This document shows, in pieces, positions 28,110-37,805 of a stretch of 64,000 nucleotides of DNA (position 1 is the first letter of the stretch; the number at the start of each line of letters is the position of its first letter). The notes beneath the pieces were generated by a model. It searched no databases. It saw only the letters and a list, made by a program, of their open reading frames with translations, and was not told where the DNA came from. Origin of the DNA: Bacteroidales bacterium (lineage in GTDB: Bacteria > Bacteroidota > Bacteroidia > Bacteroidales > VadinHA17). Location: NCBI GenBank assembly GCA_038245405.1, contig JBBRSO010000004.1, positions 1,216-65,215 on the forward strand, in the 5' to 3' direction. The position numbers were made by a program, and so were the translations under genes.

Positions 28110-30053
28110 CTATTCAGGTGTGATCCTTGCAGCCCATCCTCCACCGGGTGCCAGATGAATCTTCAGCTTTGCACCCGATTTAACGTCAGTCTTCAAATGT
28201 TTATAATCTCCGGCATATCTGTCAGCATTCATCCCATCCTGAAAAATATCCATTTTATAATTTCCTGCGGGCAGAAATGAAAGGTCAACGTCCATATCCC
28301 TGCTGGTCCAGTCGGTTATTGCACCTACAAACCAATCTTTCCCCGACCGTCTTGCAACAAGAAGATAGTCGCCTATTTTTCCATCGAGACCGATGATGTC
28401 GTCCCATACAACTGGTATATTTACAATGTAATCAGTTGTTTCCTGTTCTCTCATATAATTTGAAGGACTGTCGGATAACATCATTAAAGGACTTTCATAA
28501 AGAACATATAATGCTACCTGGTGAGCCCGGGTTCCCTGACTTTCAGGACGAGTATTTTTTGGTGTGAAGTTTTCTTTGTCCATGTTTACCATCGATCCTG
28601 GCGTATAATCCATAGGGCCGGCAACCATTCTTATGAAAGGGATTGTGGCATCGTGGTCAGGACTTATATCCCTGCTCCACTTGTTATTTTCCAGACCTTT
28701 AACTCCTTCGCGGGTGATATTATTTGGCCAGGTACGGCTTAACCCATCGGGTTTATATGCTCCGTGGAAATCAATTAAAAGGTGGTGTTCTGCGGTTTTT
28801 TTCGCTGCTTCCTGATAAAAGTTGACAATCTTCTGATCGTCTCTCTGCATAAAATCTACCTTCACGCCTTTTACTCCCCACTTTTCATACAATGCTGTAG
28901 CCTCATCCATGCGATCCCAGAAAGGTTTCCAGGCAACCCAGAGGATCACGCCTACATTCTTCCCGTCAGCATACTTGCAGAGTTCAGGAATATTTATTTC
29001 AGGAATAGATTTTAGTATCTCCCCTTTGGGATACCAGCCATCGTCGAGAATTATATATTCAATCTTATTTTTTGATGCAAAATCGATGTAATATTTATAT
29101 GTATCATCATTTATACCTGCCCTGAAATCCACCCCGTAAATATTATTGGCGTTCCACCAGTCCCAGGCTACATGTCCGGGTTTTATCCATTTTGTATCAG
29201 TAATCTTGCATGGCTTAGCGAGTTTGAAAACCAAATCGCTTTCTAGGAGTTTCACATCGCTTGAGGCGATAACAAAAACCCTCCACGGGAATGTACGGAT
29301 CCCCTTTGTGTATGCAATATAGTCTTTGCTGCCTGTGATAAAAAGATCGAGGTCCCCCTTTTGTGTTTCGGTATAAGGACATTTCGGCCATGTGCCGGAA
29401 ATTTTCCCCTTACCTGCGCCTGTAATCCACATACCGGGATAATCATCAATGTCTGATTCAGTAAGCAGTATATCTGTTCCCTTCACCTGGAAAAGAGTTG
29501 GCAGGCTGGCCAGATGCTTATCTGTTATCGTATCGAGGGCTGAATAGATATATGTCCGTTCATTGTGCGACCTGAAGCTTGTTTCAAGAGGATACCATGT
29601 GTGTGTTCCTTCAGGAAAAACAAGATCGGAAATTTCATTTTTTATTATGATATCCTTCTTCATCTGTGTTTCAAACCGATATGCAATTCCGTCATTGTAC
29701 GCTCTGAAGGTGATCAAAAACCCCGAGTTGAAAGAAATGGAAAGAATATTACAATTGTCTGCAATCTCAGATCTTTTATTTGCAATAACCGGACTGATGG
29801 TCCCATTCAGTGAGCTCATGGCAATCTTTTTCACCGTCTCATTGTCACCAAGAACTTTCCCGCTTTCAAGGACCAAACCGATTCTTGATTTTAATATTTC
29901 GCTCCCATCGTGAGCGACCGACCATTTCACATTTGGTCCGACATTTACCGTAATCGAATTCCTGCCATCAGGAGAACTTACTTTATACTCTTTCGCAAAG
30001 GAGTTTATGCTGATGAGTACACATAATAGAATGAGAAATAATGTTTTTTTCAT
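28110..30053 (-). CDS. Glycoside hydrolase family 97 (alpha-glucosidase-like), secreted
   Basis: The track start 30080 is TTG; ATG 30053 gives the signal peptide [20 protein letters not shown]. The N-terminal beta-domain, central (beta/alpha)8 domain and length are typical of SusB-like GH97, judged by recognition only. Confidence 0.8.
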   Translation of the reverse strand: MKKTLFLILLCVLISINSFAKEYKVSSPDGRNSITVNVGPNVKWSVAHDGSEILKSRIGLVLESGKVLGDNETVKKIAMSSLNGTISPVIANKRSEIADNCNILSISFNSGFLITFRAYNDGIAYRFETQMKKDIIIKNEISDLVFPEGTHTWYPLETSFRSHNERTYIYSALDTITDKHLASLPTLFQVKGTDILLTESDIDDYPGMWITGAGKGKISGTWPKCPYTETQKGDLDLFITGSKDYIAYTKGIRTFPWRVFVIASSDVKLLESDLVFKLAKPCKITDTKWIKPGHVAWDWWNANNIYGVDFRAGINDDTYKYYIDFASKNKIEYIILDDGWYPKGEILKSIPEINIPELCKYADGKNVGVILWVAWKPFWDRMDEATALYEKWGVKGVKVDFMQRDDQKIVNFYQEAAKKTAEHHLLIDFHGAYKPDGLSRTWPNNITREGVKGLENNKWSRDISPDHDATIPFIRMVAGPMDYTPGSMVNMDKENFTPKNTRPESQGTRAHQVALYVLYESPLMMLSDSPSNYMREQETTDYIVNIPVVWDDIIGLDGKIGDYLLVARRSGKDWFVGAITDWTSRDMDVDLSFLPAGNYKMDIFQDGMNADRYAGDYKHLKTDVKSGAKLKIHLAPGGGWAARITPE

Positions 30054-30095
30054 TATGATATTTATAGGTAGAAATTTCAAACTTTTACGATTAGG

Positions 30096-30692
30096 CTATC
30101 CCTGTTTTTTTTTTCTTTTGGCTATTTCATCCCTTACAGCAGCTGCTTTTTCATAATCTTCAGTCTTTACTGCTTCATCAATAATTTTATAAAGTTCTTC
30201 ATCGGAGTATGTATCGTACTTCGTTTTCTCCGGCTCAAAAAAACTCTCTACTTCATTTACTGATGATATCTCACTGTCAGCAGGATTAACAGTAATGCCG
30301 GCTTTTTTAAGAATGTCCTCCGTAATATATATTGGGCAGCCAAACCGAAGTGCAATTGCGACAGCGTCGGAAGTACGACTGTCAATAGAATATTCCTTTT
30401 CTCCATTATTGCAAACAAGCTTTGAGAAGAATACACCTTCCTCCAGTTTGTATATCATAACCTCAATAACCGAGATATTGAATTCATCGGCAAATTTTTT
30501 GAAGAGATCATGAGTAAGTGGCCGTGGAGGATCAAGATTTTCAAGTTTTATTACAATTGCCTGAGCCTCAAAGCCTCCTATAATAATAGGAATACGCCTG
30601 TCGCCGTTTTCCTCAATCAGAATCAACGCATATGCTCCTGATTGAGTCTGACTATACGAAATTCCCATTACTTTAAGCTTTACCCTTTTCAT
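30096..30692 (-). CDS. Bifunctional nuclease-family protein (DNase/RNase domain plus C-terminal UVR motif)
   Basis: 198 aa. The N-terminus VMGISYSQTQSGAYALILIEENGDRRIPIIIGGFEAQAI is typical of this family. The C-terminus has EDYEKAAAVRDEI. Confidence 0.75.
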   Translation of the reverse strand: MKRVKLKVMGISYSQTQSGAYALILIEENGDRRIPIIIGGFEAQAIVIKLENLDPPRPLTHDLFKKFADEFNISVIEVMIYKLEEGVFFSKLVCNNGEKEYSIDSRTSDAVAIALRFGCPIYITEDILKKAGITVNPADSEISSVNEVESFFEPEKTKYDTYSDEELYKIIDEAVKTEDYEKAAAVRDEIAKRKKKQG

Positions 30693-30897
30693 ATCAATCG
30701 TTTATGAGCCAAAGAAATAGCTTGCTTATTTTAGATATTGACAAATATAGAGATATTAGCACTAACTCATGGAGTAAGAATATTATTTTTTATTAACATC
30801 CTTACAATAAAGTGTAACTCTTTGTTCAATTTCCAGTTATGTAAAACAGAATTCTGGAACTCATCTGTATTAGTAAGAATAAAATAGCTCCTATTGG

Positions 30898-30927
30898 TTT
30901 GTAAATATTCTAATTTTTATATCTTTG
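30898..30927 (+). promoter_or_regulatory. Candidate promoter of rplU-rpmA (-33 TTTG, -7 TATCTTTG)
   Basis: TTTG at 30898-30901, an 18-nt spacer, then a TAnnTTTG match at 30920-30927. This implies a ~90-nt leader before ATG 31022. Confidence 0.6.
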
Positions 30928-31021
30928 CAGTCCAATTTTGGATAAATCCGCCGGGGCAAATGAAAGTTATAGGGTCAATTGATCATGTACGCCTCACGGA
31001 GTAACGTAAAAAACATATAAG

Positions 31022-31528
31022 ATGTACGCAATCGTAGAAATTGCAGGTCAGCAATTTAAAGTTGAAAATGGCAAGAAGATTTTTGTTCACAGACTTGAAG
31101 CTGAAGACGGCAAAGAAGTAGAATTTGAAAATGTTCTTTTGATTGAGGATGAAGGTAAAATAACTATCGGAGAACCTACAATTAAAGGTGCTGTTGTTGG
31201 TGGAAGAGTGATCGACGACAAGGTGAGAGGTGACAAAGTGATTGTTTTCAAGAAGAAGAGAAAAAAAGGCTATAGAGTCAAAAACGGACATCGCCAGAAC
31301 TTTTCTCAGGTTGAAATCATAAGTATTAATGGTATAAATGCTCCTGTAAGAGTTGCTCCTAAAAAAGCTGTAGTAGAAACACCTGCTCCTGAAATTAAAA
31401 AAGCTGCAAAGAAAACAACAGCAAAGAAAGAAGAAGCTCCTGTGAAAAAAACCACCACAAAAAAAGTTGTGGAGAAAAAACCTGCAGTGAAAAAAGCTGC
31501 TGTTAAAAAACCCGCAAAAGACAAATAA
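31022..31528 (+). CDS. rplU: 50S ribosomal protein L21 with a ~65-aa Lys/Ala/Pro-rich C-terminal extension
   Basis: MYAIVEIAGQQFKVENGKKIFVHRL is the L21 core (~103 aa). It is followed by APKKAVVETPAPEIKKAAKKTTAKKEEAPVKKTTTKKVVEKKPAVKKAAVKKPAKDK. Confidence 0.9.
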   Translation: MYAIVEIAGQQFKVENGKKIFVHRLEAEDGKEVEFENVLLIEDEGKITIGEPTIKGAVVGGRVIDDKVRGDKVIVFKKKRKKGYRVKNGHRQNFSQVEIISINGINAPVRVAPKKAVVETPAPEIKKAAKKTTAKKEEAPVKKTTTKKVVEKKPAVKKAAVKKPAKDK

Positions 31529-31564
31529 TTAATTGAAAGTTTAAGTAAATAAAAATATAGAATT

Positions 31565-31825
31565 ATGGCACACAAGAAAGGGGCAGGTAGTTCACGCAAC
31601 GGTCGCGATTCCGAAAGTAAACGATTGGGAGTGAAACTCTTCGGCGGCCAGACAGCCAAAGCAGGCAGCATTATCGTTCGCCAGAGAGGAACAAAACATA
31701 ATCCGGGTCTTAATGTTGGACTTGGTAAAGATCATACACTCTTTGCACTCAAAGAAGGAGAAGTAGAGTTTAAGAGAAAAAAAGACAACAAGACTTATGT
31801 ATCGGTTAAACCAGTAACTGAGTAA
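31565..31825 (+). CDS. rpmA: 50S ribosomal protein L27
   Basis: [24 protein letters not shown] is the canonical L27 N-terminus. Confidence 0.95.
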   Translation: MAHKKGAGSSRNGRDSESKRLGVKLFGGQTAKAGSIIVRQRGTKHNPGLNVGLGKDHTLFALKEGEVEFKRKKDNKTYVSVKPVTE

Positions 31826-31905
31826 ACAAATACGTCAAAAAATATTGGAATCCGAAATTCTTTTCCATTACAGAAAAGCATTAGGAAGTTTTTTGATAAT
31901 TTTAC

Positions 31906-31932
31906 AGCAGGCATTCTTCGCCTGCTTTTTTT
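31906..31932 (+). terminator. Rho-independent terminator after rpmA
   Basis: AGCAGGC-ATTCTTC-GCCTGCT followed by TTTTTTT. Confidence 0.8.
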
Positions 31933-31950
31933 ATTAATCCATTACTGAGT

Positions 31951-33225
31951 ATGCTTACAATAAATCTTATTCGTGAAAAGAAAGAATTCATAATCGAACG
32001 GTTGAAAGTCAAAAACTTCAAAGCCGAGGAAATAATAGATAAGATTCTTTCCCTCGATACTTCACGGCGCGAAATACAATCGAAGACCGATGCATTACAG
32101 GGTGATATGAACCGGATTTCCAAAGAAATCGGGACACTTCTTAAGGATGGAAAACGCGATGAAGCAGAAACCGCAAAACAAAACACATACAAGCTCAAGG
32201 AAGAAATAAAAGCACTTTCCGATAAGCTCATCCCAATTGATAATGAACTCAGGAACGAGATCATACGTCTTCCTAACCTTCCTCATGAATCTGTTCCCCC
32301 GGGCTTTGGAGCCGACGATAATGTTTTGGTCCGCGAGGGAGGGACAATTCCTCAGATTCCTGTATCAAGTGTGCCACACTGGGATCTGATAAAAAAATAT
32401 GACATAATTGATTTCGATCTTGGTATAAAACTTACAGGAGCAGGTTTCCCTGTATATAAAGGGAAAGGTGCAAAGCTTCAGAGAGCACTCATCAGCTTTT
32501 TCCTTGACGAAGGAGAGAAAGCCGGCTATCTGGAAGTTATGCCTCCGATTATGGTTAACGAAGATTCAGGTTTCGGAACAGGTCAGCTACCCGATAAAGA
32601 GGGACAAATGTACCATGCCACACTCGATAATTTTTACCTCGTACCAACAGCAGAGGTTCCGGTAACAAATATTTACAGGGATGTTATACTGAATGCCGAA
32701 GCTTTGCCGATAAAAAATATGGCATATACACCCTGCTTCAGAAGAGAAGCTGGTTCGTGGGGCGCTCATGTAAGAGGACTCAACCGTCTGCATCAGTTTG
32801 ACAAAGTTGAGATAGTCCGTATCGATCACCCCGATCATTCTTATACCTCACTTGACGAGATGGTCGGTCATGTTGAAGGTTTGGTTTCAAAACTCGGTCT
32901 GCCATACCGTATACTAAGATTATGTGGCGGAGACATGTCTTTCACATCAGCTCTTACATACGATTTTGAAGTGTGGTCGGCAGCCCAGAAAAGATGGCTT
33001 GAGGTAAGCTCTGTCTCCAACTTTGAGTCCTTCCAGGCTAACCGGTTGAAATGCAGATTCAGGGAAAAAGGTGAAAAACAGACACGTCTTGTACATACAT
33101 TGAACGGAAGCGCACTGGCCTTGCCAAGAATTGTTGCTGCATTACTAGAAAACAATCAGACAGAATCAGGAATAAAAATCCCATCAGTGCTGATACCGTA
33201 TACCGGGTTTGATATGATAAACTAA
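31951..33225 (+). CDS. serS: Seryl-tRNA synthetase
   Basis: 424 aa. N-terminal coiled-coil arm and class II core (TPCFRREAGS, LNGSALALPR). Confidence 0.95.
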   Translation: MLTINLIREKKEFIIERLKVKNFKAEEIIDKILSLDTSRREIQSKTDALQGDMNRISKEIGTLLKDGKRDEAETAKQNTYKLKEEIKALSDKLIPIDNELRNEIIRLPNLPHESVPPGFGADDNVLVREGGTIPQIPVSSVPHWDLIKKYDIIDFDLGIKLTGAGFPVYKGKGAKLQRALISFFLDEGEKAGYLEVMPPIMVNEDSGFGTGQLPDKEGQMYHATLDNFYLVPTAEVPVTNIYRDVILNAEALPIKNMAYTPCFRREAGSWGAHVRGLNRLHQFDKVEIVRIDHPDHSYTSLDEMVGHVEGLVSKLGLPYRILRLCGGDMSFTSALTYDFEVWSAAQKRWLEVSSVSNFESFQANRLKCRFREKGEKQTRLVHTLNGSALALPRIVAALLENNQTESGIKIPSVLIPYTGFDMIN

Positions 33226-33305
33226 CTCTTCGACTTAGCTCGAAAATCAATTTAAAGGGAAGAAAAAAAAACGATAAACGACATACAATAAACTTAAACG
33301 AATTA

Positions 33306-34193
33306 ATGGACCGTACCAGACAATCTTACATCTACGCCGGATTGGCAATCCTGTTCTGGGCAACCGTTCCTACTGCATTCAAGATTAGTCTGCGTGAGCT
33401 CGACATACTACCGATGCTTACAATAGCTTCAGTAACCTCAATGGTTGCATTGTTCATTATTGTACTTGCGGGGAAGAAAGTCCATCTGTTAAAAATTACA
33501 ACTCCGCGGGAACTACTGAATTCTGCGATTCTTGGTTTGATAAACCCATTCCTGTATTACCTGATACTGCTTAGAGCATACCAGATCCTTCCGGCTCAGA
33601 TTGCACAACCGCTGAACATGATCTGGCCAATAATACTCGTATTTATTTCGGTGCCTTTTCTGAAACAAAAGATTGAGAAAAAAAGTTTTATCGCTTTGTT
33701 TATCAGCTTTATTGGTGTCTTTATAATTTCATCACAGGGAAGGCTTTTTAGAACAGGGCATTCAGACCTGACAGGCGTTCTTCTGGCAACAGGAAGCTCG
33801 TTATTCTGGTCATTCTATTTTATTCTGAATGTAAAAGACAAGCGTGACGAAGGAATAAAACTGCTCCTTAATTTTGTTTTCGGATCAGCATACCTCATTG
33901 TTACCCTGCTTATTACCGGAACACATATTGAAGCAGGACTGAAGGGAATATCGTCTGCTATATACATTGGTCTGTTTGAGATGGGGATAACATTCTTTTT
34001 CTGGCTAAAAGCCTTACAGCTTGCTTCTAACACTGCAAAAGTGAGTAATCTGGTCTACCTTTCTCCTTTCCTTTCTTTGTTCCTGGTACACTTTATTCTT
34101 CACGAGCCCGTTTATTACACAACCCCGGTTGGTTTACTGTTTATCATTTCAGGTATATTTGTACAAAACTATCGATCAAAACAGATCGTTTAA
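33306..34193 (+). CDS. DMT-superfamily (EamA-like) transporter
   Basis: 295 aa, about 10 TM helices arranged as two EamA-like halves. Confidence 0.8.
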   Translation: MDRTRQSYIYAGLAILFWATVPTAFKISLRELDILPMLTIASVTSMVALFIIVLAGKKVHLLKITTPRELLNSAILGLINPFLYYLILLRAYQILPAQIAQPLNMIWPIILVFISVPFLKQKIEKKSFIALFISFIGVFIISSQGRLFRTGHSDLTGVLLATGSSLFWSFYFILNVKDKRDEGIKLLLNFVFGSAYLIVTLLITGTHIEAGLKGISSAIYIGLFEMGITFFFWLKALQLASNTAKVSNLVYLSPFLSLFLVHFILHEPVYYTTPVGLLFIISGIFVQNYRSKQIV

Positions 34194-34225
34194 TTGTTAT
34201 AGGTGATTATCATTTAAAGATTATT

Positions 34226-35527
34226 ATGAAAAAATTAATATTTATCGCATCGCTGATTGCAGTAATACTTATTTCATGTAAGAAAGACGTTCCTCCTGTT
34301 GTTGTTGCACCAACTACCGACCAGGAGGCAAGAGACTATTTATATACCCAGATGAATCAATATTATCTCTGGTATACTCTTATTCCAGTTGTAGTAAAAG
34401 AAGATTATAAAGATCCTTATGAACTTCTGGAAGCTATGAGGTATAAAACTCTCGACAGGTGGAGTTATATTCAGACATACGAGGAATATCAGGCGCAAAG
34501 TACCGGAAGTTTTGTTGGTCATGGCATCAGCATGGGACTGGATGCATCTAATCAGGTTAGGATAGTCCAGATTTATAAGAATTCTCCTTTATATTCGAAG
34601 GGTGTCAGACGCGGATGGTTAGTGAAAAAACTAAATGGAACTACTCTTGCTCCGGTATTTATTGCTAAAGATGGAGAAGGTTATAATAAACTAATTGGTC
34701 CATCAACGGCTGATATAACAAATTCTTTCCTATTTCAGACACCGGCAGGTAAAGATTCAACAATAACTTCTCAAAAGTCTGCCTTTATACTGAATACGGT
34801 TATGACTGCTGATACGCTTCATCTGAAATCGGGTATTACAGGCCATCTGGTTTTTGATCAGTTTATCACACCTTCCAATCAGGAATTGAAAGATGCATTT
34901 ACATATTTCAGTCAGAATAATGTAAAGGATCTTATTGTCGATTTAAGATACAATGGAGGTGGCGATCTGAGTGTTCTGACCAATATGGCAAGCTATGTTG
35001 CAGGCTCTGCCAAATTCAGTACTCCGTTCCTGAAGCTTACATTTAATGATAAGAATTCAAAATATAACGTCACCTATAACTACAATACGATATCGGCTCC
35101 TCTTAGTATTTCCAGATTAATCGTTATTACCACCAGGGGAACAGCTTCAGCAAGCGAAGATTTCATAAATGGTTTGAAACCGGTACTGGATGTGAAAACC
35201 ATTGGCGACACCACAAACGGGAAACCCGTTGGAATGGTCGGTATTCCGTATCAAACAGATTATATGTTCTGGCCGATTTCATTCACGCTTCTCAATGCAT
35301 CAAACCAGGGAGATTTCTATAAAGGAATTACTCCCATGAAAGTTGTAGGCGATGATTATACACATGATTGGAATGACCGTAGGGAAGCATGCTTAAAGGA
35401 AGCGATATATTATCTTGAGCATGGCACTGTTTCGGCAAAGTCATTATCTGTGGAGCCAATGAAAAGCGGAGTCAAATTCGATGAGAAATTTCCAAGAAAT
35501 AATAATGCTTATATTATTAATAAATAA
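34226..35527 (+). CDS. S41-family peptidase-like lipoprotein
   Basis: 433 aa. Lipoprotein signal (LISC), then LRYNGGGD and TRGTASASEDF motifs resembling the S41 catalytic region. Confidence 0.7.
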   Translation: MKKLIFIASLIAVILISCKKDVPPVVVAPTTDQEARDYLYTQMNQYYLWYTLIPVVVKEDYKDPYELLEAMRYKTLDRWSYIQTYEEYQAQSTGSFVGHGISMGLDASNQVRIVQIYKNSPLYSKGVRRGWLVKKLNGTTLAPVFIAKDGEGYNKLIGPSTADITNSFLFQTPAGKDSTITSQKSAFILNTVMTADTLHLKSGITGHLVFDQFITPSNQELKDAFTYFSQNNVKDLIVDLRYNGGGDLSVLTNMASYVAGSAKFSTPFLKLTFNDKNSKYNVTYNYNTISAPLSISRLIVITTRGTASASEDFINGLKPVLDVKTIGDTTNGKPVGMVGIPYQTDYMFWPISFTLLNASNQGDFYKGITPMKVVGDDYTHDWNDRREACLKEAIYYLEHGTVSAKSLSVEPMKSGVKFDEKFPRNNNAYIINK

Positions 35528-35634
35528 TTTCGAACTTAGGTAACATTGACTTCGCAAATTGATTTTCGAGCGAGGGAATCGGTAGTAAATATTTTTAAGA
35601 ATATTACTAACTTGCCATACAAAATTTCAGAAAA

Positions 35635-36207
35635 TTGAAAGAAAAGCCAAAGGAGAGGATTATTCTTGGGATTGACCCCGGGACCAGCATAACAGGATAT
35701 GGAGTAATCAAAACCTGCGGAATAACCCCTGAGCTGATAACAATCGGGTCGATTGATCTTTCAAAGTATGAGGATCATTATCTGAAACTGAAACACATTT
35801 TTGAAAGGACAATAATAATCATCGATGAATATCATCCCGATGAACTAGCTATTGAAGCACCATTTTTTGGAAAGAATGTTCAGTCTATGCTGAAGCTTGG
35901 AAGAGCACAGGGTGCAGCAATTGCAGCCGCCCTCTCGCGTTCGCTTCCTATATTTGAATATGCTCCAAGAAAAATCAAGATGTCTATCACCGGACAAGGT
36001 GCCGCGTCAAAGGAACAAGTTGCATCGATGCTCATGAATATTCTCAAATTTAATCTCACAGAAATAAAACTCGATGCAACCGATGGTCTGGCAGCAGCTC
36101 TCTGCCATTTTTATCAGACGAACAAACCCACCCAGGCCACTGCCTATAACAGCTGGAAAGATTTTATGAATAAAAATCCAAAAAGAGTTATTACCAAAAA
36201 CGAGTAA
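35635..36207 (+). CDS. ruvC: Crossover junction endodeoxyribonuclease RuvC
   Basis: 190 aa with a TTG start in the track. [14 protein letters not shown] and [12 protein letters not shown] motifs. Confidence 0.9.
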   Translation: MKEKPKERIILGIDPGTSITGYGVIKTCGITPELITIGSIDLSKYEDHYLKLKHIFERTIIIIDEYHPDELAIEAPFFGKNVQSMLKLGRAQGAAIAAALSRSLPIFEYAPRKIKMSITGQGAASKEQVASMLMNILKFNLTEIKLDATDGLAAALCHFYQTNKPTQATAYNSWKDFMNKNPKRVITKNE

Positions 36208-36210
36208 AGG

Positions 36211-36912
36211 CTAAACGACAGCATATGCAAGGGCTACAACACTTACTCTGACGCTTTCAATCTTCAGCAGCTCATTTGCGCACGATTCAATTGTTGAACC
36301 CGTGGTTATTACATCATCTACCAGTAATACATGTTTCCCGGCAAATGCCTCCTTGCTGACGACCTGAAAAATTCCTTCAACATTTGTCCAACGTTCATAG
36401 CGCGACCGTTTAGTCTGGGTTGCTGAAACTTGTCTTCTGATGAAAGAATTTATTTCAACAGGCAACCCGGAAACATCACTTATGCCCATTGCAATTGATT
36501 CGCTCTGATTGAATCCGCGGATTCTCTTTTTTGATGGATGAAGAGGAACAGGAATTATCAGGTCTATGTCTTCGGTAAAACCTGATGCTTTAAGTGATAA
36601 TCCATAAATCCTTCCAAGCTCGTACCCTATTTCACTTATTTTCCTGTACTTCAAGTTATGGATAAGGTTCCTGATCCGGCTGCCTTTATTGTAATATGAA
36701 AAGGCAGCAGCCTTCTGGATCATGCATCTTCCCCAGAATAATTGAGCAACCGGATTATTCTCAGTCTTATGGAAATTTGTGCGTGGTATAACCACGTAAC
36801 ACTCAGTGCAAATAAGGTATTCATTTCTAAGTAAATGGTTGCCACATGCATAGCATAACCTGGGGAAAAGCAGGCTGATAATATCATCCCAAAAATCGTA
36901 TATATAACTCAT
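36211..36912 (-). CDS. ComF-family protein (zinc-finger plus phosphoribosyltransferase domain)
   Basis: The track ORF extends to 37035. The family-typical N-terminus MSYIYDFWDDIISLLFPRLCYACGN starts at 36912. PRTase motif VLLVDDVITTGST. Confidence 0.85.
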   Translation of the reverse strand: MSYIYDFWDDIISLLFPRLCYACGNHLLRNEYLICTECYVVIPRTNFHKTENNPVAQLFWGRCMIQKAAAFSYYNKGSRIRNLIHNLKYRKISEIGYELGRIYGLSLKASGFTEDIDLIIPVPLHPSKKRIRGFNQSESIAMGISDVSGLPVEINSFIRRQVSATQTKRSRYERWTNVEGIFQVVSKEAFAGKHVLLVDDVITTGSTIESCANELLKIESVRVSVVALAYAVV

Positions 36913-37051
36913 GCAGCGAGCAGAATTATATACCAAATTTAGTAAAAAAGGAAATCCAATAACCACAAAAGTGAAAACTTTCCTATTTCCCCAACCCTTG
37001 CACACTACTATTGAATGTATCTCATTCCTATTCATTTACCCCCTGCTCCTT

Positions 37052-37491
37052 CTACCCTTTATACACATTTTAAAATAGGATCTTATCTTAATCCTGTAGT
37101 TTTAAACCGAGCTAATGGTCCAGGAAAAGAGTCGGTTGGCTCTGAAAGAGCCAAATTTTAATAACCCCCGGTGAAACCGGGGGTGCAGATACACAACATA
37201 TTACAGCTCTGAAGGAGCTGAATTTGTCACGGGAAATACTTTTCAACAATTTCGGGTCCAGACTCTAAAATAAGTCAAGTTGCAACAGATGCTGGCGATA
37301 GCTTGAAATGGCTTTAATTATTAGATTAATACAGCGAGAGTACCAATACTACGAAGTTTTTTACTTTATTATCAACTAAATTAAACCCCTTCAGGGTTTA
37401 TAATCATATAGTTAGCTTTACCCCCGGTTGCACCGGGGGTTATTAAAATTTTGCTCCTTCAGAGCAAAAAAAAGATGTGTATAAAGGGTAG
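37052..37491. repeat. Mirror-symmetric structured element: a perfect 17-bp outer inverted repeat enclosing three hairpins and their three mirrored copies
   Basis: Outer IR CTACCCTTTATACACAT at 37052-68 and 37475-91. Hairpins at 37136-54, 37164-84 and 37204-20 are mirrored at 37449-69, 37420-40 and 37383-99. All have 5-nt loops. No ORF of 60 aa or more on either strand. Confidence 0.85.
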
Positions 37492-37744
37492 CTGCCCCCT
37501 AAAAGGAGTGTCAACATCTGCCTTGTAGCTTGAATTTTAAGGTTAAAAACCCTTATTTTCTTTTTTACCTTAATAGAAATTAATACTATATGACTTCAGA
37601 CCTTATTACCTTATTTGGGTTTTATTTGGTATTAATAAATTAAATAAGCTAATAAGGTTGGTAATCCTTAATGAACATTTTCTACTATGGTTTAAGAATA
37701 AAAAATAAGGTATAAAGAAAATCAATCCTCATTGGAGAATTTCG

Positions 37745-37805
37745 AAACACGGAGATTCACACTTTTCTGTGGCTCTCTGTGCTTCTCTGTGAAACTCTGT
37801 GTATG
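37745..37805. repeat. CTCTGTG-type unit array directly after the HIT-gene stop
   Basis: ACACGGAGATTCACAC...CTGTGGCTCTCTGTGCTTCTCTGTGAAACTCTGTGTA. It shares a 15-mer with 9700-9714 (reverse complement) and a GTGAA(A)CTCTGTGTA segment with 16428-16442. Confidence 0.8.

Noticed and set aside
30928-31021. About 90-nt leader of rplU as a possible ribosomal-protein autoregulatory leader
   Set aside because: Only weak pairings (TCCG...CGGA, GGC...GCC) can be drawn, and I cannot relate the sequence to a known L21 leader, so the evidence is insufficient.
31306-31671. 121-aa minus-strand ORF antisense to rplU/rpmA
   Set aside because: It is the mirror image of the Lys/Ala-rich low-complexity tail of L21. 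It lies opposite two canonical ribosomal protein genes.
37308-37379. 23-codon ORF (MALIIRLIQREYQYYEVFYFIIN) at the exact centre of the mirror-symmetric element
   Set aside because: There is no recognisable promoter or ribosome-binding context. The peptide is not clearly membrane-like as type I toxins are, and such short ORFs arise by chance in AT-rich DNA. I mention it only as something Ribo-seq could test.
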